From assembly GCA_009602725.1 (NCBI GenBank), contig WELB01000003.1:403832-467831 (forward strand): a DNA stretch of 64,000 nt, given 5' to 3'. Source of the DNA: Spirogloea muscicola (Eukaryota). The notes under the pieces were generated by a model that saw only the letters and a list, made by a program, of their open reading frames with translations, did not search any database and had not been told where the DNA came from. Each line of letters begins with the position of its first letter. The first letter of the stretch is position 1. This document shows, one piece after another, positions 23,866 to 37,590 of the stretch. A program made the position numbers and the translations under genes.

Positions 23866-26350
23866 CATGTGCCGGCCGCAGTGACTTCTACCGGCAACCT
23901 CCTGAAAGCTCAGCGGAGGGCTAGTCTATGCTTGGAGATTGCCCAGCAACGGCAAAAGCAGTATGCTGATCGACGTCGTCGAGATATGTCCTTCGACGTG
24001 GGTGCTCAAGTGCTACTAAGCACAAAGCATCTCTCCATGCGGGCTGTCAGTACGCCTAGATTGCTACCAAAGTGGGTTGGGCCTTTTCGTGTAGTGCGCC
24101 TGGTCGGCAAAGTTGCGTATGAGCTTGCTACCCCGGTATGATGGAAAATACACAGTGTATTTCATGTGTCCCAGCTCATTTCATTCCATACGGATGGTCG
24201 TGTCCAACCAGCCCCCCCCCTTCCCTTGTCGGTGAGGACAAGAAAGAGTTTGGGGTGGAGGAGATCTTGTCTCACCGCGACAAACTCCGTGGGCGACGTA
24301 AGTCCCGAGAGTATCTTGTAAAGTGGAAAGGCTATGGACCTAAACACTATACGTGAAAACCTTCAGCCATCTTGCCCATTGCCCGTTTGTTCTCCGTAAG
24401 TATCATGCAGAGAAGAAACTCCCTCCATTGCGTTGTACCCTTACAGGCACCCGTCGAAAGTAATCTAAGGGTTCTCCTTACTGTGTCCTTGTGCCCGAGG
24501 ACGTGAACATCTAAGTGGGGAGGAATGTAACGTCCCCACCCTTTACGTGCCGTTTAAGCTTGGGTTAAACGCTGACGCGTAGTAATGGCATGCAACCCCA
24601 GTATCGTGGGCGTGCGACACGTGGGCGACGCGCAACAGTGACGCGCGGCGCGCCGCCGCTCGCCGGAGCTGCCGCCGCACGGCCGCCAGGCCGTCGGCGG
24701 CATGGCTGCTTTGCCACCGGAGCGGCCGCCGTATCACCCCCATATCGCCACCGCACCACTGGTGCGGCCGGCGCATGGCCGCCGCACCGCCGGCTACATG
24801 CTGGTGCCGCCGGACTCGTAGTGACGTGCTTGTGACGCGTGTGGCGCTGGGACGCGCCTGGCGGCGCCAACGCCCTCACGATCGTATCCCCCTTGTTGGG
24901 CCCGCCTTCTCGAAGGTGGGCCTCGAGGCGAGCCTCCCAGAGACCCCTGGGGAGGGTGGCACATGAAGCACCATAAGTAGGGTTGAGACCAGCCTCAGGG
25001 CACCCGGTCCAAGTCAGCGAGGCCCACGAGAGAGAGAGGCGCGCAACCCAGCTGCCGCCTGCTGCCGCAGCTCGTCCACGCAGGCCTGCTGCTGCCTGCT
25101 GCTGCAGCCCGACGCCGCAACCCGTCGCTGCGGATCTTCATCTGCTCTCCTGTAAGTAGAGCTGCTCCCTTCGGGGACACTTGCTGGCCCGTACCGAGAG
25201 GTGAGTCGCCGCCTGCCGGCGGCGCCTCAGGGCAAGGAATTCCGCTGCGTGTAGACGTCGTGCTTCACCGTGCCGGGGAATTTCGTCTCTAAACCCCACC
25301 GACCGAACGTCCTAAGCCCTAACTGTGTGTATAGGGATCAGAACGTCACAAATTCACCAAGAATACACCCTTTTTCCTTAAGCAAGGTCAGCATCTCCAA
25401 ACACCTTTGCAGGTGGGGAGGCCGGAACATGTGGCGGCCGCAGTAACCATTACCGGTAACCTCCTGAAAGCTCAGTGGAGGGCTCGGCAACGCTTGGAGA
25501 TAGCCCAGCAATGGCAAAACGAGCATGTGATCGACGACGTCACGATATATCGTCTGACGTGGGTGCTCAAGTGCTATTAAGCAGAAAGCATCTCTCCATG
25601 CGGGCTGTAGGTACGCTTAAGTAGCTATCAAATTTGATTGGAACCTTTTGTGCAATGCACCTGGTCGGCAACGTCGCGTATGAGTCGGATACTCCGTTAC
25701 AATGGAAAATCGAGTATACCCAGATGTGTCCCAGCTCGAGCCATTCCATACGGATGGTCGTGTCCAAGCACCCCGCTCCCCACGTTGTTGACAATGGGAA
25801 GAGTATGAGGTGGAGGAGATCTTGTCTCACCCCAACAATCTGCGTGGGCGACGTAAATTCTGAGAGTATCTTGCCAAGTGGCCTGGCTATAAGCCTGAGC
25901 ACAACACGTGAGAACCCTCGGCCAATTTTGCCAATTGTCCGTCCGTTCTCCGAAAGTATCTCGCAAAGGGCACATCACACCTTTGTGTCGTAGTCCTGGA
26001 CGCACCCGTCGAAATTGATTTCTTCGGGTTGTCTCCTCTGATGCATGTCCTTTGTTCCCGAGGACGTGAATATCTAAGTGGGGAGGAATTTGACGCCCCC
26101 CCCGTTTGGGAATATCAGACGGTGTTGGTAAGCGGCTTCACGCGCGGCTTCACGCGCGTTACGCGCTAGTCACGCGAGTCACGCGCCAGTCAAGCGCGTC
26201 ACGCGTCAGTCCCCTGGCCTCGTATACCATTTGTCAGGCTCGCGCCACAGGCAGCCCGCACCACGTGCGGCACGCGCCAGTCGTATGTGCATTGTACGGG
26301 TCCGCCCCTCCGGAGAGCGGACCTTGGCGCTACCCTCGTCACACCCTCGG

Positions 26351-27186
26351 TGTAACGTCCCTATTCCTAATCACACACTTAGGGTCAGAACGTCCTGTTT
26401 GGTTTTCGGACATAGGGTGTTTTGGAGACAATCCCCTCACAGAGTGGAACGCCAGCGCACACTGTGCACACATTCGCGCACATATCGCAGCGGAAGTCTT
26501 ACCTTGAGGCACCGCCGGAAGGCGGCGACTCGACCGAGGGTCAGCGGCTGTGCCCGCAAGGGGCGCAGTCAATGGTACTTACAGAGAGCCGGCAAGGCCA
26601 GCAGCAACGAGCTTCGGCGACGGGCTGGGCAGCAGGCGCCAGCAGCAGAGCTGTGGCGGCGGCTGCGGCAGTAGGCAGCAGCAGCAGAGCTGTGGCGGCG
26701 GCTACGGCAGCAGGCAGCAGCGGGGCTTTGCCTCTCTTGGCGTCACGGTCCCAACTGAGCAGTCTGGCCTCGGCCTAGAGTACATAAGCGTTACATCTGC
26801 CACCCCTCCCCCGAGGGTGTGACGAGGGTCGCCCCCAAGGTCCTTCTCTGGAGGGACGGGCCTGACCAACGGGGACACGATGCGACGACCTTTGGGCGGT
26901 ACCAGGAGACACGAAGCGGCGCCCATTGGGCGGCATCAAGGAGGCGCGACGCAGCGCCTTGGGCGGCGCGATGCGGCGCCTCTGGCGGCTCCAAGGAGGC
27001 GCGAAGCAGCGCCTCCTGGACGGAGCGCGGGACGGAGCACCGTACGGAACCCGGGGCCTCGGACCGTACTAAGCTACATACAGTGGAGCAAAGCTACCGG
27101 TGCCGCTCGGGACTTCCAGACGGTAGACACGATACGACATGTAAGATTACCAGCACCGTTGGCACTCTCAAATGGAGGGAACGTTG
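26351..27186 (-). mobile_element. LTR, type C-like
   Basis: Both ends are reverse complements of the ends of 13878-14737; TSD not clear. Confidence 0.75.
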
Positions 27187-27190
27187 ATCA

Positions 27191-30100
27191 CGGTGGCACG
27201 GGGGAAAGCACTACGAGCCTTGGGCTAAGATCCGACACGAGTTCGAGACGGGTGAAGCTCAGGAGCAGCCTTGCCGCTGCTTGCCGCAGCAGCCGCCGCG
27301 GCAGCCTGCTGCGGGGCTTGCTGCGGGGAGTCCGTGGCTGCACCCCTTGAGGAACAGCCTCCGGCTCGCGCCCAGGAGGTGTAGTCGCCGTCGGATGGCG
27401 GCGGCACAAAGCCTGTCTTCCGCTGCGCCTATGTGCGAGTGCGTTGCCGTGTAGTGGGTTGGTCCCTAAAACCCCTACAGCCGAACTTGAAAAGGACGAC
27501 TCGCTCTAACTGCGTCTGTAGGGCGAGGTTCTCTACATTAGTAGTAGAGGCGGTCTTGCATCCATCGGGCTTGTAAATTATTGTACTCGCCGCTGATGAT
27601 GCAAGGATAGTCCTGATGTGCTGGCTTGACCTTTTCTGTAGATAATAAAGTGCCTTGCCAGACATTGGTCCGCGCGGCTGCTCAGCGGAAGCGCCGGGTG
27701 CTGAATCATCTTTGCGCATTGAGCAGCATCGACCAACGCCATCGACTGCCTGCTCCTTTGAGGACCACCTGCTGCATTCGCCGACTTGAGGTGTGGCTTG
27801 AGCCTGCAGCCTTGTGTGGTAAAGGTGAGTCGTATGGCGTGTGCATCGGTCTTGGTCATATCTGCGCTTGTCTGCCTGCCTGCTGATTGGAGATGTGGAG
27901 TTGCGCGCTGCCTTGCTGGCTCGCTTGCTGGTTCACCGGTCTTGCGATGCTCTGTACTGCAGTATGGGGTGTGTGATATGCTGACTGCCGGAGCCTGAAT
28001 TGATCACTCAGTGTTCTTCAGACAGCATGGAGTCGCACACTTCGAGTGCGCAGCAGAGCCTTCTCGGGATGTAGAGCGGTCGGCTGCTGAGGCAGCGGCT
28101 GCTGCAGGCCCAGCTGCTGAGGCAGTGGTTGCTGCGGGGCACGCCTAAGAGGGGCACGCCCAAGAGGGGCACGCCCAGCTGGGAGCCGCGGGCCAGAGGG
28201 CTTGTCGGCTGGGGAGGTGCAACGCATGGCCCTCCTCACGCAGGACCTGGCGGCAGTCCAGCCTGCGATGTACCCAGCTCACTACCGCCTCCTTGCGAAG
28301 ATCTGCGGGGAGCATCGCCATACTCGTCCGGCAGCGAGCCGGAGAGCGGCATGTGTAAGAGGTGGATGCCTCGGTGCACTTGATGCGCAAGAGCAGTGGC
28401 AACACTGAGCATGGACTTGCCAGGGCCCATTTGCACCCAGTCAATTCTCCGGTCAGGATGACCGGGGAGGATTGCAGTCATGGCTCGACGAGATGGTCGA
28501 ATGGTTCGTGTGTCCCGAACACGGACGCGGGGGCACGCGTGCGCTTCTCTGCGACCTACCTCTCAGGGGAACCACGTGAGTGGTGGAATACCCTGAAGCA
28601 GGGCTCGACGCCCGACGAGTACAACGGCTGGAATTCCTTTTCCAGCTCACTCATATCGGCTTATGGCGATCCACATGCGGAGCTTCGCGCCCGCGACGAG
28701 TTGGACGACCTCCGCATGGGCGAGAGAAGCGCAGACTTCGAGCCCTATGTGCGGCACTTCAGGCTGCTGCTGTCGAAGCTACGCAGCGAGCCAGTGAAGG
28801 CGATTGATCAGTGCTAGCGCCTCAAGGCTGGGCTGCCCACTCGCATGCGAACTTGGGTCCGGTGGATTCTGCGATGTCGCAAGCTTTCACGGATTTCTCC
28901 AAGATGGTGGAGCACGCCCCTGCTGGCGGCAGGCGGATCTGCAGAGTCAGCGCGAAGCAAGAAGCGGTTCAACCCAAGGCAGGGCTCGAACGCTCGTCCT
29001 CAGGGCGGCTTCCCCAAGCCGCGAGTGGAAGGTGCTGGCTGTTTCCGCTGCGGCGAAAACTGTCATCAGGTCAGGGACAACCAGGGGGCAGGTCCATCTT
29101 CCTCGAGGCCACGTCCACAGCGCCCGATGGGCCGGGACAAGGGCAACTCCAAGGGTAAGCGTGAGTGCCTGACCCTTGCCTCGGAGAGCAATTCATTTAG
29201 CCAGATGCACTTGCGCTGTTTGATCTTGCTGGCATAGCTTTAAACTGCCCGCCATCCAAAGTACCGGTTGTGCGCTCTATTTCTGCTTTGTTGCAAGGGC
29301 TGGATGCCGGAGGGCCTCTATTTGTGTGGGTTGCCCACAATGACTTGCAAGTGGCTGCAAATGTCTATTTGAGCTGGCCTGCGTGCCGTCGGCCTGACGA
29401 CATTCTGTTTTTTTTGGTTCCTTGCAGGCGCAGCGTGATGCATCAGGCTCCGCTGGGGATGTCGCTGTTGTGCTCGCATGAGGGGGACACAAGCTCCTTA
29501 GGCATAGCATTGATGACGCTCAGACTAGGCCTTACCCGGCAGATGTCAGGGGTTATGTCGCCATCACTGCAATTATTGGCAGCCGTGTACGTAAGGTACA
29601 CACTATCTAATTGAGGGGCTGGTTGCTGATGCACCGGTCAAGATCCTCATGGACTCAGGGGCCTCAGTGTCCATCGTCAATAAGAATCTGGTGTTTTCCA
29701 CTGGCTTGAAATTTGCGAGCAGATGGTTTGCCTAGAGTGACATTGGCCGATGGCCACCACACCGATGTGCTGGGTCTATACAAGGTTCCCACTCGCATAC
29801 AGCAATACAAAGCCGAGGTGCCTTGTTACGCCATTGCATTGACTGCTGCACTTGATGTGATATTGGATGATGACTGGCTTCGTGCAACATCTGCATGCCT
29901 TGATTTTGAGCGCCAAACTTGCGCTGTACAACGTGGCGCACGGCGCCTTGATCTTTGCAACGAGCTTCCCTGTGGACCGCCGCTGGCGGCAGGGGCCTCC
30001 ATTCTGCTGTCCGCCATGCAGATCAAGCGATTAATTCACAAAAACACTGTGCATATGGCATATCTTGTGATTGTGGCGTCAAGTGACGAGTCTAAGCCTG

Positions 30101-31043
30101 ACTTGTGTGTGGATGCTGCGGATCCGCATAGTGGGGTTCTTGGTAAGTTGCTGGAAGACTTTGCGGATGTGTTTCCCAACTCTCTTCCGGACGGCCTCCA
30201 CTTCATTGAGGTATGCCTCATACCCTTCCATTGGAGCCAGGCGCCAACCCGCCTTACAGTCCCATGTACCGGCTGAGCCCTCTCGAAATTCGAGAAATGT
30301 AATCCCAGGTTGAGGATCTGCTGGGCAAGTGTAGATTGAGCCATCTTAGTCGCTGTACGGAGCACCTATCCTCTTTTGTCCATTAGAAGGATGGCACTCT
30401 ACGGATATGCGTTGACAATCGGGCTTTGTTTAAGCTTACTATCAAGCAGCGATACCCATTGCCTGGATAGATAACCTGTTCAATTGGCTTGCAGGGGCTA
30501 CTTTGTTAAGGTCCCTGGACCTGGCAAGTGGGTGTCACCAATTTCGAGTCACGCCTGCGGATGTTCTAAAGTCGGCGTATGCCGCTTGGACACTTTCAGT
30601 TCAAGGTGCTGAGCTTTGGTCTGACCAATGCATCGGCTACGTGCCAGGCTGTAATGACGAGGGTCTTTGGCCCCCTGCTCTATGGTTTTGTGCTGGTTTA
30701 CTTGGACGGCATACTGGTGTTCAGCAAAACGCCGTAGGATCAGGTCAGGCACCTGCGCCGAGTGCTGTAGTTGCTGCGTGGGAATCAAAATCATGCCAGA
30801 GGTCCAAGTGCGCAATATACCAGCCAGAGCTGACATATTTTGGGCATGTCGTGGGCAAAGACGGCATACGTGTCGACCCCAAGAAGACTTCGGTCGTACG
30901 GGATTGGCCTGTGCCACGGAATGTTCCTCAATTGCGCTCCTTTCTGGAATTCGCAATATACTTCCGTAAATTCCTACAAGGCTATGGGAACTTGGCACTT
31001 CCTCTTACGAAGCTGACTCGTAAGGACGTACCATGGGAGTGGT
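27191..31043 (+). mobile_element. Degenerate A-family element A3 (partial 5' LTR, leader, gag, extra domain, protease, RT)
   Basis: LTR ends ~27537; collinear with A2 and A1; many stops and frameshifts. Confidence 0.85.
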
Positions 31044-31686
31044 TGCAACGTCCCTGCCCCTAATCACACAGTTAGGGTCAGAACGTCCTCTTTGAGTTTC
31101 GGATATAGGGTGTTTTAAAGACAAACCCCTTACAGAGTGGAACGCCAGCGCAGACAGCGGACTTGTACGCGCACATAGCGCAGCGGATGTCTTACCCTGA
31201 GGCGCCGCCGGAAGGCGGCGACTCGACCGAGGGTCAGCAGCTGTCCCCGTAAGCCATGGTACTTACAGAGAGCCGGCGAGGCCCACAGCGACTGCGGCGA
31301 CGGGCTTGGCAGCAGCGGCAGCAGCAGAGCTGTGGCGGCGGCTGCGGCATCAGGAGCCGCAGGGCTGTTCCCCTTTTGGGCGTCACATGTCCGACTCCGG
31401 AGTGTGGCCTCGGCCTACTACTGATATGCGTTCCATCTGCCACCCCTCCACCAAGGGTGTGAAGGGCCGCCCCCAAGGTCCTCCCCCGCAGGCGCGGGCC
31501 TGACCAATGGGGACACGAAGCGATGCCCTTTGGGCGGTACGAGAGACAGGAAGCGGCGCCCGTTGGAAAGCACCAAGGAGACGCGACTCGGCGCCTTGGG
31601 CGGCGCGACGCGGCGCCTCGGGCGGCTCCAAGGAGGCACGAAGCGGCGCCTCCTTGCGGCGCCTCAAGGTAAGACTTCCGCTGCGA
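31044..31686 (-). mobile_element. Partial type C-like LTR
   Basis: Homologous to 26351-26990. Confidence 0.7.
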
Positions 31687-31689
31687 TGG

Positions 31690-33900
31690 GGCACCTTCGT
31701 CGAAGGACACATTCTTGCATCGTAGATCAGCATACTGCTTTTGCCGATTGAGCAATTGTCAAGAATTGCTTAGCCCTCCGCTGAGCCTCCAGGAGGTCAC
31801 CGGTAAAGCTTACTGCGGCCGGAACGCGCTCTGGCCTCCCCACCTGCAAAGGTGATCGGGGATGCCGACATTCAGGATGGAGGGTGTGTTTCTGGTAGTC
31901 ATGAAAGGCGTTGTTCACAGTATACTCACTGAAGCAAGGTACTCGTCCCACCCAGCTCGACTGACCCAGCTTTACACAATGCCATAGCATGTCTGCCATT
32001 AGCCGCTTCAACCTCACAGTCTGACCGTCTGGTTGTAGGTGGAAAGCTGTGGACATGGATTGCTTGTGCCAGCATGCCTGCACACTTCTTTCCAAAAGTG
32101 ACCCGTGGAGCGAGGATCGCGGTCAGACGATACGCTCGGGTACTCCGTGCAGTTTCCATACTCGGTCCACGGACATGCCAGCAACTTGGCAGGCTGTGCT
32201 CGCCGTAATTCGCTGGCAGGTGGCGCAAGTCCTCACAAAGACTCTACTTGGACTTACAAGCCCGGCCACCATAAGAGAAGCTTGATAGCTTTCCTTGCCT
32301 TCCAATACCCAAGTGACCACTGCACTGAGGCTCATGCGTCTCTTGCATGATATTAGTGCGCAAGGCATTGCAGTTGGTGACCACAATGGCGTCACCTCGC
32401 CACCAGAAGCCTTGGCCACATACAACTGTGCGTCGTTTGGTTGCTCGTGCAGACCAAGGGTATGTGCCATACCCATCACGAGTACGCACATACAGCTCAG
32501 AGAGGTCGATGGTGCACTGCCAAGCGGCCGCACGGGCAGGCGGCACGTCTGCCGTCTGAGCCCTTGTGGCACACAAGACAGGCGTCACAGCAGCCCCTAC
32601 AATGTTACGGCCGCCGGGTCCACAGCATTGATACTTCCAGAGTGGTACGCCCACTGGATTGGAATGCTAGCGTATCACTAGCTCACCGAGCTTGACGCCT
32701 GCTCGATTGCTGCTGTGTGCGAATGAGAAGGTCAACTGGCGATGGCTCGTTACAATCGTACATTCAGCACCCTCGAGATAGCATCGCCACACATGGAGGG
32801 CGTGCACAACAGCAAGGAGCTCTTGCTCACCCCGTAGTTGAGATGCGCCCGGCAGGACGGAGCAGGCGAGTCTGAAATGCTACGGGGTGACCCTCCTGCA
32901 AGAGAACGGCAGATGCCGATCAAAGAGGCGTCACAACACGTATGAGTACAGCGCCTTCTCGAGGCAAGGCCCAAAACAGGTGGGGATACTAGAACCCGTT
33001 TTGACTTTCCTCAAATGCCCGTTGGCATTTGGACGTCCAACGCAGAGTACGAGTGAGCTTCGTAAGAGGAGATGTCGTACTTCCTTGTCCTGCAGGAATC
33101 CTGACAGGAACGGGTATACAGTGCGAGTCCTCAAAAGGAACGCAACTGCGGCACATTCCGTGGCACTTAGCCCGTCCTTTACTTCAGTCTCTGCAGACAG
33201 ATGCAGCATGACTTGACAACTGCTTCGGGGGATGACGCGAACCCCGTCTTTGCCTACAGCATGTCCAAATACTGGTCACGCACACATGGCATACGAGTGA
33301 TTTTCACGTCGCAAAGGCAGCACTAGCTGCAGGTGCAAAACGTGATCCTTGGGTGTAATACAAAGACCGGTAGGTCATCCAAGTATACCAGCACAGAATC
33401 ATACGATGGGAGCCAAAGACTCTCACTGTCACAGCCTAACACGGGGCTGGAAGTGTCCGAGCGGCCCACAACAAGCCAACATCGGAAATTTCCCAGGCGT
33501 GACACAAAGTCCTCCCACAAAGTGAGGGAGCAATGCTCACTTGCTCCTCGGAGACGATCACACAGATCATCACTGCCAGGCAAAGGGCACCGCTTCTTGA
33601 CAATGAGCTTGGTTAGAGTTGATGTTGGATGCACATTCGATGACTACCACACGGTTCACAAGGAAGCGGACAGGTGCACTAAAGTGCGACTGAGGGAGCT
33701 CCCTATGCCCGTATTCAAGCAAGTCCGCCGCTTGGGATTGCATCTCTCAACACTCAAGAGAACTCAGTCGGTACAAAGGGCAGTACGGCGGCAGAGCGCC
33801 GGACGGCATTGAGCCGCTTCGGATGAGGAGGCACCCGTCAAGAGGAGTTCGGAAAGTACATCCAACACTTTGGTGACTGATTGTCAAGAGCACCACCAAG
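31690..33900 (-). pseudogene. Highly decayed gypsy RT, RNase H and integrase
   Basis: [48 protein letters not shown]. Confidence 0.8.
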
Positions 33901-34079
33901 TGAGGCAACCACACGTACTATAGAGTCAGGGGGAGACTTATCACTCATCCTTGTGCCTTGGAGGCGCAACGTGATTCTGCAAGGGATTTAGCTGCTGTGC
34001 TCGTGTGATGCGGGAAACCAGCTCCTACTGCCTGGCGGTAATGGTACTCAGGAGAGACCGCATCCAGCGTCACTGCTGG

Positions 34080-37000
34080 TCTTTGTCGCCCGCCACCCAG
34101 TTCTTGGGGCTGAACACGGGGTACAGACGATGCTATCTGAGGTGGCTGGTTGCTGATGCACCGGCAAGGATCCTCGTGGACACAAGGGCCACTGCTTCTA
34201 AGTCGATAAGAACTTATGTCGCCCGCCACCCAGTTCTTGGGGCTGTACACGGGGTACAGACGATGCTATTTGAGGTTGCTGGTTGCTGATGCACCGGCAA
34301 GGATCCTCGTGGACACAAGGGCCACTGCGTCCTCAGTCGATAAGAACTTGATTGGTGTCCTTAGCTTGGATGTGAAATCCACTATTCTGGAGCGTGTGAC
34401 ATTAGTCAATGGCCAACCCACCGATGTGCTGGGTCGATGCAAAGCCTCCATTCGCGTCCAGAATTACAAGGCCGCTGTATCTTGTTCGTAGCCATTGAGC
34501 TGGCTGGGAATTCTGATGCGATCTTGGAGGATGAGCGGCTTGGAGCCACATCAGCATGCCTTGAGTTTGAGCGTCATGATTGCACTGTACAACGTGGCGC
34601 ACGGCGCCTTGTCCTTTGCAATGAGGATGATTGGCCTTGGTGCCACATTAGCATGCCCTGACTTGAACGTCAGGTATGCACTGTACAACGTGGCGCACGG
34701 CGCCTTGTCCTTTGCAATGAGCAGACCTGTAAAGCGCCATAGGCGACTGGACCTTCGATTCTGCTGGTCGCCACCCATATGACGAAGCTGCTGCACAAGC
34801 AAGCGGTCGAGTCCGCATACCTTGTATTGAGAACGTCGTGAGACGATACTGCCCTGACTCGTATGTGAGTGCTGAGTCCTCACAATGCCGGGTTCTTAGT
34901 AATCTGATGGATGAGTACTCGGGTGTGGTACCCGATGCTCACCCGGACGGTCTATCTCCTCATCGAGGTGTGGCTCGTACCATTCGGATGGAGCCAGGCG
35001 CTGAGCCGCCGTACAGACCGACGAGCCGACTAATTCCTCTCGAATCTCGAGAGATGCAAAAGCAAGATGGAACTGCAAAGGAAGGGTCATGAGGAGCCTT
35101 CTCAGTCGCCGTGCGGTGCACTGATCCTCTTCGTGCCGAAGAAAGACGGCAGTCTTTGAATGTGCATCGTTGATCGAGCTTTGAGCAAGCTCACTATCAA
35201 GAACCGATACTATTTGCCATGTGGGCAAAGACTGGATATGCGTCGACCCCAAGATGACTTCGGTCGTATGGGATTCGCCTGTGCCACGGACTGTGCCTCA
35301 GATGCGATCCTTTCAGGAAATCGCGAATGACTTCCGGAAGTTCCTACTAGGAACTTTGGGAACTTGGCACTTCCTCTTACGCGGCTCACTCGCAAGGGTA
35401 CGTCCTTACGAGTACCCAGGGAGTGGTCGTCCGTTTGCCAGAGGGCATTCGAGGATATCCAACAGGCTCTTACATCTCCGCCTGTACTTGCCTTTCCTCG
35501 AGAAGGCGTGTCGTATGAGCTGATTTGTGAGGCCTCGTTGACCGGCATTGGTTGCCGTGCTCTTGCAAGAGGGCCACCCGATAGCTTTCGAGGGTCGCCT
35601 GCTGATCCCGCAGGGCGATATTACACCACGGGTGAGCAAGAGCTGCGGGCTGTTGTGCTCGCCATACGTGACTGGCGTTGCCACCTGCAAGGTGTGGACT
35701 TTACAGTAGTCACGGATCATTGCCGGTTGACTTACGTCCACACTCAACAGCAGCTGACGAGGCGGTAAGCTCGGTGAGCTTCATGAGAGGCATCATTCCG
35801 ATTCCAGTGGGAGTACCGCCCTGGAAGGCTCATTGTTGCGAACCTGGTGAGCCGCAAATTGCAGGGGCTGTTGCAGTGTTTGCCTTGAACGCGTTTGCGA
35901 GATGCGTATGCAGGCATGCGTCCTACTCGCGGCACTTCTCGGCGACCGACTGCCACCCCCTCTGATGTGCATGGCACAGACCCTTGCTCTGCGGAGGCAA
36001 CCAACGTACGCACACTCTCCAATGACAGTGGCTTTTGGTGGCACGGCGATGCCATTGTGGTTCGGGACTACAATGCCGTGCCGAGCACCATCATGCAGGA
36101 GCTGCATGCTACGCCACACAGTGGTCATCTGGGAGTCGATAAGACTAAAGAGGCTGTGAAGCGCCTTTTCTGGTGGCCCATGTACACATTTTAGGCGAAG
36201 CTGTGTCACATGCCGGCGAAGCAAGGCAATATCTGGCAAGCCAGCCGGATGGCTTCAACCCCTGAAGATTCCCGAGCGGAGTTGGGCTGATGTGAGTGAT
36301 GATTGGATCACGCAATTGCCTAAGACGCAAAATGGACTTGATGGCATCGTCGACTTGGTGGATCGGTTGAGCATGATGGTACCCTTTGCTCCAACGACCA
36401 CGCATGCTTTGTTTGAGAAATTTTCTGGCATCTTTGTGGATAAGGTGTGGAATTTGCACGGCGTAATCGAAAGGTTGTCTCGGACCGCGATCCTCGGTTG
36501 ACGGGTCACTTCTGGAAAGAAGTAAGCAAGTTCATTGGCCCTGAGCAGGCCATGTCCACTGCCTTCTATCCCCAAAGCGATGGCCGAATAGAGGATGAAT
36601 AGGTTTCTGGAGGACATGCTCCGGCAATTAGTCGACCGGAGTCAGACTGACTGGGATGCATATCTGGCTACGGCCGAACATGCTGTGAACAATGCCTGTC
36701 ATGAGTCTACCAGAGAGACACCCTTCTTCCTTAACTACGGTCAGCATCCCCGAGCACCTTTGCAGGTTGGGAGGCCAGAACGCGTTCCGGCCGCTGTCGC
36801 CTTCACTAGTACCCTCTTGGAGGCCCAACGACGGGCCCGGCATTTCTCGGAGATTGCCCAGAAGAGGCAGAAGGCTTATGCTGACCAGCGTCGGCAGGAC
36901 ATGTCCTTCGACGTGGGTGCTCAAGTACTACTGAGTATGTAGCACCTCTCCTTGCGGGCAGTGGTTACGCGCAAGTTGCTACCCAAGTGGATTGGACCTT

Positions 37001-37590
37001 TCTCCGTGGTACGCCTTGTTGGCAAGGTGTCCTATGAGCTCGGTATAGTGGAAGACTCACAATGTATTGCACGTGTCCCAGCTCCGGGCCTTCCATTCGG
37101 ATGGCCGCGTCCAACCGCCCCCACCTATCTCCTATCTTGCTCGAGGATGACTTTGAGTAAGAGGTGGAGAAAATCTTGTCACACCGGGACAACTTGCGTG
37201 GGCGTAAGACCCATGAGTATCTCGTGAAGTGGCTCGGCTATCGCCTTAGCACAACACGTGGGAGCCTGCCGCCAATCTTGCCAATTGCCCGGCAGCTCTC
37301 CGGGACTACTTCGTGCAGGGTGGTAACTACCCTCCTCTACATAGAGGCCGCAACCGTCGGATGTAAGCTCCTTTGGTTGTTTCCTGTTCCCGCGGACGTG
37401 AATATCTAAGTGGGGAGGAATGAAACAACGTTCCTACTTACTGTGAGCGTTAACCCAGGTGGTTACGCTTACCTGAATGGCACGTGGCGGACCTGGCCTG
37501 GCCGGGCGGTCCCGCACAGGGGCCTCGGTAGCGCGGTGTCCACCCTGGCGCCCCGCCTTGATCGACCTGGCCTGGCCAGGTGGTCGCGCA
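34080..37590 (+). mobile_element. Decayed chromovirus protease-RT-RNase H-integrase-chromodomain, PPT and partial type D 3' LTR
   Basis: [43 protein letters not shown] ending 37420; local tandem duplications near 34083-34330 and 34545-34720. Confidence 0.85.

Larger units (their letters stand above)
17084..25350 (+). mobile_element. Degenerate full-structure chromovirus element G with type B-like LTRs
   Basis: LTRs 17084-17977 and 24526-25350, TSD AGTTC/AATTC, PBS 17980-17990, PPT before 24526; decayed RT, RNase H, integrase and chromodomain. Confidence 0.88.
15915..26350 (+). mobile_element. Old degenerate chromovirus pol (RNase H, integrase, chromodomain), PPT and partial type E 3' LTR; split by element G
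   Basis: Integrase reads NNAFHEF at 17083 and resumes TKNTPF at 25356; PPT AAGTGGGGAGGAA ending ~26088. Confidence 0.8.
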
